Made by a program: the position numbers and the translations under genes. 64,000 bases of DNA, taken from the IMG/VR virus record IMGVR_UViG_3300023265_000001. One strand, written 5' to 3'. This document shows, piece by piece, positions 58,207-64,000 of this stretch. This stretch comes from a virus. Below the pieces are notes generated by a model. It was not told where the DNA came from. It did no database searches and saw only the letters and a program-made list of their open reading frames with translations. Each line of letters opens with the position of its first letter. The stretch's first letter is position 1.

Positions 58207-59361
58207 ATGAGCACCCTGAACGTCTCCATCGCAAGACTGACCATCCACCCGCACCCGAACGCTGACCGCCTGGAGCTGGCCCAGGTCGGCCTGTACTGCG
58301 CCGTCGTCGCCAAGGGCGCGTACCAGACGGGCGACTGGGCGCTCTACATCCCGGAGCAGGCGGTCCTGCCGCAGCCGCTGATCGAAGAGCTGGGCGTCGG
58401 CGGCTTCCTCGCCGGCAAGGACAAGAATCGGGTCCGCGCGGCCCGGCTCCGCGGCGAACTGTCGCAGGGCATCGTCTGCCGGCCTCAGAAGCTCAGTGAC
58501 GCGCTGCGGCGCGAGGACCCGAACTGGAACTGGGACGGCCCGGTCCTCGACGAGGTCGACCCGCCCACGTATACGGACTTCGCGGAGTACCTCGGCATCG
58601 AGAAGTGGGTGCCGCCGATCCCGACGAACATGGCCGGACAGGTCTACGCCCCCGACCGGCTGCTGCGCTGGGTCGACATCGAGAACATCAAGCGCTACCC
58701 GGAGATGTTCGAGGCCGGCGAGCCGGTCATCGCGACCGAGAAGATCCACGGCACCTGCTTCATGCTCACCTTCCAGGACAGCGGCGAGGTCGCCGTGTCC
58801 TCCAAGGGGTACGGCGGCAAGGGCCTGGCCATCGAGCGTGACCCGAACAACCTCTACTGGCGTGCGGCCAACGCCTACAGCCTGGAGACCTTCGCGGACA
58901 ACGTTTCGATCGTGGCCGGCGCACCGACTGTCGCGCTGTTCGGCGAGGTCTACGGGGCCGGCGTACAGGACCTGGCGTACGGGACCGATGTGCACCGCGG
59001 GGCGCCCGGCTTCGTGCTCTTCGACATCGCCGTGGACTACGGCGACGGCGTACAGGTCTTCCTCCGGCCCGAGGAGTACGACCGTGTCGTCCGGGAGGTC
59101 AACGAGAAGATGCTCAGCGAGCGCATCCTCGACCAGCCGGTGCTGACCGCGCCGGTCCTGTACGAGGGGCCGTACGACGAGCAGGCGCTGCTCGCCCTGG
59201 CCGAAGGTGGCACTGAGCTGGCCGACGTGGACCAGATCCGCGAGGGCCTGGTCGTTCGCCCGATCAAGGAGGCGCGCTCGCCGATCACGAACGGCCGCAA
59301 GATCGGGAAGATCGTCAGCGAGTCGTACCTGCTCCGCAAGAACGGGACGGAGTTCGAGTGA
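58207..59361 (+). CDS. Rnl5-type (DraRnl/NgrRnl-like) RNA ligase with N-terminal OB module
   Basis: 384 aa; ARLRGELSQG, LGIEKWVPPIPTNMAGQV, motif I TEKIHGT, EGLVVRP, matches by eye to NgrRnl/DraRnl. Confidence 0.8.
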   Translation: MSTLNVSIARLTIHPHPNADRLELAQVGLYCAVVAKGAYQTGDWALYIPEQAVLPQPLIEELGVGGFLAGKDKNRVRAARLRGELSQGIVCRPQKLSDALRREDPNWNWDGPVLDEVDPPTYTDFAEYLGIEKWVPPIPTNMAGQVYAPDRLLRWVDIENIKRYPEMFEAGEPVIATEKIHGTCFMLTFQDSGEVAVSSKGYGGKGLAIERDPNNLYWRAANAYSLETFADNVSIVAGAPTVALFGEVYGAGVQDLAYGTDVHRGAPGFVLFDIAVDYGDGVQVFLRPEEYDRVVREVNEKMLSERILDQPVLTAPVLYEGPYDEQALLALAEGGTELADVDQIREGLVVRPIKEARSPITNGRKIGKIVSESYLLRKNGTEFE

Positions 59362-59639
59362 GCCGCGGAGACGACGGGCTCGCCGTTACGATCCTGGGCG
59401 GCACGGCCGCCCTCCTGGTGGCGGCGCTCGGCATCGCTGCCTGCTCGCCGGCCGGGGAGCAGGACAAGACCAAGGCGCCGGCCGGGCCGGTGCAGATCAG
59501 CCCGAAGCCGTTCACCAGCGACGTCGGGGAAATCTTCCGGTTCGAGACGACGATCGACGGGGCGCCGGTGACCTGCCTGGTCTACGACGGCAACCGCGCC
59601 GGCGGCCTCCACTGCTTCAGGAAGGAGGAGCTGAAATGA
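59358..59639 (+). CDS. lipoprotein (93 aa)
   Basis: GTG 59358 overlaps upstream stop; lipobox-like LGIAAC. Confidence 0.5.
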   Translation: MSRGDDGLAVTILGGTAALLVAALGIAACSPAGEQDKTKAPAGPVQISPKPFTSDVGEIFRFETTIDGAPVTCLVYDGNRAGGLHCFRKEELK

Positions 59640-59746
59640 CCCCGAGAGCGACGATGGTCCTGCTGGGCGCAATTCTCGTGCTCGCACTGATCGCGCTGGG
59701 GCTCGGTGTCGCCCTGGGGCAGAGCGCCGACTTCGGCGCACGCTAG
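59636..59746 (+). CDS. tiny membrane protein (36 aa)
   Basis: ATG 59636 after GGAAGGAGGAG; single TM; below ORF-track cut-off. Confidence 0.4.
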   Translation: MTPRATMVLLGAILVLALIALGLGVALGQSADFGAR

Positions 59747-59756
59747 GGCGAACAGC

Positions 59757-59792
59757 AAGAAGCCCCCGCCAGACTGGCGGGGGCTTCTTTGC
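59757..59792. terminator. bidirectional intrinsic terminator
   Basis: AAGAAGCCCCCGCC agact GGCGGGGGCTTCTT + T. Confidence 0.75.
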
Positions 59793-59794
59793 GC

Positions 59795-60280
59795 TCAGAA
59801 CCCGGCGAACAGGCACGAGACGAAGAAGATGCAGAGGATGTGCCAGCTCTGGTCCAGGTGAAACAGGGCCGTACCCGGGCCGACCTCGTGCACGCCAGCG
59901 CCGCGGGCCACGTTGCAGTGCTCGATGTATTCGGTCAGCCCGACCTTGCCAGCCGCCCACCGCAGCGGGGTGCGCAGGTCAGCCAGGAAGTGCGTGCCGG
60001 CGTGCAGCACCATGCCGGTGGCGATCCATCCGGGGCGCAGCGGCAAGTTCACCTGGGCAGCGACGAGCAGGAACAGGCCCAGGCCGAGCGCGCAGTAGGT
60101 GGCGACGTGTTTGGCGCAGTGCCACACGGCGTCGGCCGTTCGGCCGTTCGGCTGGCCCAGGGCCTTCTTCAGCGCCTGGCCGCCGGTCTGCAGCCAGTGG
60201 TCCCCGAAGTAGTGGGCGGCGAGCAGCGCGGCGAATGCCAGGGCGATCGTCAGGGCACGGATCATGTCGTTGGTTTCCAT
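59795..60280 (-). CDS. DUF3307-like membrane protein
   Basis: 161 aa; AHYFGDHWLQT and later conserved His residues between TM segments. Confidence 0.55.
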   Translation of the reverse strand: METNDMIRALTIALAFAALLAAHYFGDHWLQTGGQALKKALGQPNGRTADAVWHCAKHVATYCALGLGLFLLVAAQVNLPLRPGWIATGMVLHAGTHFLADLRTPLRWAAGKVGLTEYIEHCNVARGAGVHEVGPGTALFHLDQSWHILCIFFVSCLFAGF

Positions 60281-60437
60281 ACGCTGATTCGACCAGGCAT
60301 TCCGGGTTGGTTCTGTGTCAAAAGGCGTGTTCGAGGTGTCGGGTGCGCTACACCATGAGACCTCGTGACAATGTCAAGCTGGTGTTGTATGCTGCTACCG
60401 AGCGGCTGAGAGTTCAGCTGCAAAGAAAGGGGCCGGT

Positions 60438-61370
60438 ATGACGAAACTGACCATCACACGGGGCCTGCCCGGTTGCGGTAAGACCACCGAGGCCCGCCGG
60501 CGCGTCGCGGAGAACCCGCGGCGTCTGGCTCGGGTCAATCGCGACGACGTCGGCGCGCAGCTGCACGGCCGGCGCTTCTACGAGGACCCCGACCTGATGC
60601 GCTCCACGGAGAGGGCCATCACCGTGGCGCAGCACGCGCAGATCGCCGAGCTGCTCAAGCGGGGCTGGGACGTCATCTGCGACGACACCAACCTCGCCCG
60701 GCGCGTCGCGAGGGACCTGCGCAACCTGGCTGTTCGGTGCGGCGCCGAGTTCGAGATCGTCGACATGCTCGAAGTCCCGCTGGAGACGGTCTTCGCGCAG
60801 AACGAGATGCGCGCCGGCACCGACGCCTACGTGCCGGTCGATGTCATCGAGCGGATGATCCGGCGGTACACCGGCAAGCAGGCCTACGAGGTCCCGTTGA
60901 ACCCGGAGCCGACGAGTGACCTCGATGGCTTCAGGGTGTACGAGCCGGAGCCCGGCCTGCCTGACGCCGTCATGGTCGACATCGATGGCACGGTCGCCCT
61001 CATGGGCAGCCGCAGCCCGTACGACGAGTCGCTCGTGCACGAAGATCTGCCGAACGAGGCGGTCATCGAGTCGGTCCGGGAGGCGCACGACGCCGGTAAG
61101 GACATCGTGTTCTGCTCCGGTCGAACCGCGGCGGCCTACGACGCCACCTACGCCTGGGTCGAGCGCGTGGTCCAGGTCCCGATCGCGGGCCTGTTCATGC
61201 GCAAGGTCGGCGACACCCGGAAGGACGACATCGTCAAGCTGGAGCTGTTCGACGAGAACATCCGCGGCCGGTGGAACATCTCCCGGGTCTACGACGACCG
61301 CGATCAGGTCGTCCGGGCCTGGCGGTCGATCGGCCTGCCGGTCTTCCAGGTGGCGGAAGGCAACTTCTGA
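60438..61370 (+). CDS. pnkp: T4-type polynucleotide kinase / 3'-phosphatase
   Basis: 310 aa; GLPGCGKTT, NRDD, DDTNL, phosphatase DIDGT, CSGR, GDTRKDDIVKLELF, DDRDQVVRAWRSIGLPVFQVAEGNF: near-collinear with T4 PseT. Confidence 0.9.
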   Translation: MTKLTITRGLPGCGKTTEARRRVAENPRRLARVNRDDVGAQLHGRRFYEDPDLMRSTERAITVAQHAQIAELLKRGWDVICDDTNLARRVARDLRNLAVRCGAEFEIVDMLEVPLETVFAQNEMRAGTDAYVPVDVIERMIRRYTGKQAYEVPLNPEPTSDLDGFRVYEPEPGLPDAVMVDIDGTVALMGSRSPYDESLVHEDLPNEAVIESVREAHDAGKDIVFCSGRTAAAYDATYAWVERVVQVPIAGLFMRKVGDTRKDDIVKLELFDENIRGRWNISRVYDDRDQVVRAWRSIGLPVFQVAEGNF

Positions 61371-61597
61371 TGTCGGTGGAGGAGATCCTCGCGCGGATGA
61401 TGCTGTTCGTGATCCGGGTGGCCTGGGTCGCGCTGGTCGTCCTGCTGGGCACCGGCCTGAGCTGGCTGGTCTGGGGCGACGTCCCGGAGCTGAAGCTTCT
61501 TGTCGTCGGCGGCCTGGCAGGCTTCGGCCTGGCATGGGTGCTGACGCCGCTGTTCGTGAGCGCCAAGCCGAACGGGGTCAGCGATGGCTCTGTCTGA
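61370..61597 (+). CDS. small membrane protein (75 aa)
   Basis: ATG 61370 overlaps pnkp stop; two TM. Confidence 0.5.
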   Translation: MSVEEILARMMLFVIRVAWVALVVLLGTGLSWLVWGDVPELKLLVVGGLAGFGLAWVLTPLFVSAKPNGVSDGSV

Positions 61598-61934
61598 GGA
61601 GGCGCAGCGGGAGTACGACGAAGCACTGCGCCGGGCCACGATCCGCAACGGGTCGGTGCTCGCCACGAGGGAGCGCCGCTTCGGGTGGCAGGACTTCGAG
61701 GCGACGTTGCACCTGGGGCAGTGCGGCGGCACCTCGGAGCTGAACGCCCAGGAGGACTTCTGGCACGAGTTTGCCGGCACGTTCGCCGAGGCGGGCGATC
61801 ACGAGAAGCACGGGGTGTCGCTCAAGGGCGTGTCCTGCCAGTGCGGTGAACTGTCCGACCGGGAGGTTCGCTGGACCGACTACCCGTCGGCCATGACCGA
61901 GGCGGTCTTCGGGGAAGCCTTCGGGCGGCGCTGA
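61584..61934 (+). CDS. hypothetical protein (116 aa)
   Basis: ORF track. Confidence 0.55.
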   Translation: MALSEEAQREYDEALRRATIRNGSVLATRERRFGWQDFEATLHLGQCGGTSELNAQEDFWHEFAGTFAEAGDHEKHGVSLKGVSCQCGELSDREVRWTDYPSAMTEAVFGEAFGRR

Positions 61935-61944
61935 CCTCTTCTGT

Positions 61945-62022
61945 CCGCGATAGCAAGTGCCATGTGCGATGGCAAACCTGTAGCAAATGCTATGGCAAAT
62001 GCCATGACACTTGCTATCGCGG
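61945..62022. promoter_or_regulatory. 78-bp palindromic ATRGCAAA iteron operator
   Basis: CCGCGATAGCAAGTG ... ATGGCAAA ... AGCAAATGCTATGGCAAATGCCAT ... CACTTGCTATCGCGG, 30 nt upstream of ATG 62054. Confidence 0.75.
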
Positions 62023-62053
62023 AGCAGTGGAAGCCAGACAGAAGGGACAAAGC

Positions 62054-62287
62054 ATGTTTGTGATCGTCATCAACGAACGCCCTCTGTTCGGGGAGCCCGG
62101 CGACCGCTACGAGGTCGAGTTCGGCGACGACTTCGACGCCGCCTCGGAGGCGCTCGTCGAGTGGGCCGACTGGATGGACAGGGGCGTCGACAGCGTGCTC
62201 GCGCTGAACAACCCGAAGGGGGACGGGTGGAACATGCGCCCTGTCCTCATCGCTGAGATCGCACTGACCTACCGGAGGGACACATGA
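62054..62287 (+). CDS. hypothetical acidic protein (77 aa)
   Basis: ATG 62054 after GAAGGGACAAAGC. Confidence 0.55.
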   Translation: MFVIVINERPLFGEPGDRYEVEFGDDFDAASEALVEWADWMDRGVDSVLALNNPKGDGWNMRPVLIAEIALTYRRDT

Positions 62288-63051
62288 CCGAAGATCGACC
62301 CACCCGAGAAGAGCCGCAGTACGTGATCCTGGAAGGCGTTGTCGGCTCGACCGCCTACAACCTGGCCACCCCGACATCCGACCGGGACCGGCTCGGCGTT
62401 TTCCTGGAACCCACCATCAGCTTCCTCAGCCTGGACGGCGTGCCCGAGAAGCGCCGGAGCTGGGTCGGCCCCAAGGCCGCCGGCGACCGCGCGCTGCACG
62501 AGGTCGGCAAGTACTGCGACAAGCTGCTCGGCGGCAACCCGACCTACACCGAGCTGCTCTGGCTGCCCGGCCGGCTGTACGAGGTCGTCACCGACCTGGG
62601 TCTGCAGCTGATCGGGTTGCGGAGCGCGTTCCTGTCGGCGAAGGCCGTCGAGGACTCCTACCTGGGCTACCCGGTCGGGCAGTTCTCCCGGCTGGAGGGC
62701 CGCAAGAAGAAGGCCGGCGAGGGCGAGCAGGTTGGCTTCAGCTCGGACCTGCGCAAGCAGACCGAGAAGCACGCCAGGCACATGCTCCGCCTGCTGGTGC
62801 AGGGCTTCCAGCTCTGGGAGACCGGACAGCTGACGGTCAGCCTGACCGATATGGAGGCCGCGGAGTGCAGGGCCTTCGGCCAGGAGGTCGCCGAGCTGGC
62901 CAGCAAGAACAAACCGATCGCCATCGCCGACGAGAAGCTGGCCGAGTACCGGGCCAAGTTCGCCGGCACACGCACGGCGCTCCCCGAGCGCCCGGACCGG
63001 GAAGGGGTAGACGCATGGCTGAAGGCAGTTCGCCTGGCCGCACTGCGGTGA
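62284..63051 (+). CDS. Pol-beta-superfamily nucleotidyltransferase (RlaP-type, RNA-ligase-associated)
   Basis: 255 aa; GVVGSTAYNLATPTSDRDRLGVF (GS..n..D.D NTase signature); ATGA overlap. Confidence 0.65.
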   Translation: MTEDRPTREEPQYVILEGVVGSTAYNLATPTSDRDRLGVFLEPTISFLSLDGVPEKRRSWVGPKAAGDRALHEVGKYCDKLLGGNPTYTELLWLPGRLYEVVTDLGLQLIGLRSAFLSAKAVEDSYLGYPVGQFSRLEGRKKKAGEGEQVGFSSDLRKQTEKHARHMLRLLVQGFQLWETGQLTVSLTDMEAAECRAFGQEVAELASKNKPIAIADEKLAEYRAKFAGTRTALPERPDREGVDAWLKAVRLAALR

Positions 63052-63509
63052 CCGGCTTCGAGCGCTACGAGACCGACACCCTGCTGCGCATCCACGCCAA
63101 CCTCCGGAACGGCTCGAAGCAGGTCGCCATGTCGGAGGCGGCCGGTACACTCCATGTTCGCCCGAAGCCCGGCGCGGCCACACCGTCCGAGGCCGGCTTC
63201 ACCTTCGTAGCACTGCTCGAAGGCATCAACCACGTGCTCGCATCGAGAGGAATACCTGTGGTCGACTCCCGCAACCCGTACCAGGTCCAGGCCGGTCAGA
63301 TCTGGCAGGACAACGACGCGCGCTACCGCACGCCGGACACCTACCGGTTCATCAAGGTTCTCGGGCTGGACCTCGCCGGCGGCAAGGCACTGGTGGAGAC
63401 CGTGACCGCCGACGGTGCCCCCACTGACGGCCGCCAGCGCTCGATCAAGCTGACCCGGTTCCTGTCCAACAGCACCGGCTACCTGCGCCGGGCGGACCTG
63501 GACCGGTGA
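63048..63509 (+). CDS. hypothetical protein (153 aa)
   Basis: GTG 63048 overlaps upstream stop (GTGA). Confidence 0.5.
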   Translation: MTGFERYETDTLLRIHANLRNGSKQVAMSEAAGTLHVRPKPGAATPSEAGFTFVALLEGINHVLASRGIPVVDSRNPYQVQAGQIWQDNDARYRTPDTYRFIKVLGLDLAGGKALVETVTADGAPTDGRQRSIKLTRFLSNSTGYLRRADLDR

Positions 63510-63823
63510 TGGACGAGCTGCAGATCGACGGCTGGGCTCGCATCTTCGACACCGACACCATCGGCCAGGTGCGCAAGCTGGGCCAGACCCCGGTCCCGTG
63601 GGCCAAGCTCATCACTGAGCAAGGCCAGGCGTTCACCCTGCCGCAGGCGATCCTGTCCCCGATGGATGATCCGGCTATCGAGCGTGCAGCGTTCGCCATC
63701 CTGGACATCCTGCGGGAGTTCGACCCGACCTGGAGCCAGGTCGACACCTCCGAGCTGCGCCGCCGGATCGTACGCACCGCGACCAGCGCGGTGGCGAATT
63801 ACAAGCCTGCAATTAACCGCTGA
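63509..63823 (+). CDS. hypothetical protein (104 aa)
   Basis: ATG 63509 overlaps upstream TGA. Confidence 0.55.
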   Translation: MDELQIDGWARIFDTDTIGQVRKLGQTPVPWAKLITEQGQAFTLPQAILSPMDDPAIERAAFAILDILREFDPTWSQVDTSELRRRIVRTATSAVANYKPAINR

Positions 63824-63837
63824 CAGGAAGGACTCAC

Positions 63838-64000
63838 ATGCCGGATAGCAACCCCACCCGCGACGCCGCCCTGGTCGTCGTCAGGGCCTGGAACGACCGC
63901 TACAGGCGCGCCACCCTGCCCGTGCTCTTCGACAACGGGAGCGCCAAGGTGCCCCTGATGGTCTGGGGGCTGGCCTACGTCGAGCCGAAGAAGTGGCCGG
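63838..64000 (+). CDS. hypothetical protein, N-terminal 54 codons (runs off right edge)
   Basis: ATG 63838 after CAGGAAGGA; open to window end. Confidence 0.5.
   Translation, partial: MPDSNPTRDAALVVVRAWNDRYRRATLPVLFDNGSAKVPLMVWGLAYVEPKKWP

Noticed and set aside
1-64000. Prophage or actinophage origin (suggested by many small ORFs, lysozyme, T4-like Pnkp/Rnl1)
   Set aside because: No terminase, portal, capsid, tail or integrase genes were recognised. The presence of TraB/FtsK translocases, spread-type membrane proteins and DUF932 fits a conjugative plasmid or ICE better.

Overview
GC-rich actinobacterial DNA with no rRNA or tRNA genes seen. It reads as part of a large conjugative plasmid or ICE rather than a phage. 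It carries a TraB/FtsK-type dsDNA translocase (46036-48420), a second FtsK-like ATPase, DUF2637-like and multi-TM 'spread'-type proteins, DUF932 and cell-wall hydrolases, but no capsid, terminase or portal genes. I call about 130 CDS. The dominant structure is a 25-kb block (10.9-36.2 kb) of 63 co-directional, mostly small (40-230 aa) ORFs of unknown function, many acidic or Cys-rich. Thirty-five of its intergenic junctions, plus one outlier at 57.3 kb, hold a ~55-65-nt structured repeat. The repeat embeds the upstream stop codon, shows compensatory base changes in its stems, and falls into four sequence families. This is the feature I consider most likely to be new. Other notable content: (1) an 11-12-bp ATRGCAAA iteron field and six CTTGCGACCC direct repeats in a 0.75-kb non-coding region (3.9-4.65 kb), with satellite iteron operators at 51.2 and 62.0 kb; (2) three tandem palindrome-embedded promoters feeding a ~0.6-kb untranslated leader ahead of the ORF array; (3) a T4-like RNA-repair set (Rnl1-like ligase, Rnl5-like ligase, Pnkp, RlaP-type nucleotidyltransferase) mixed with a vWA protein and a PD-(D/E)xK-like paralogue pair; (4) a secreted metzincin-like protease next to an I36-type inhibitor. 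All functional calls rest on motif recognition by eye; no searches were run. CDS coordinates include the stop codon, as in the ORF track.
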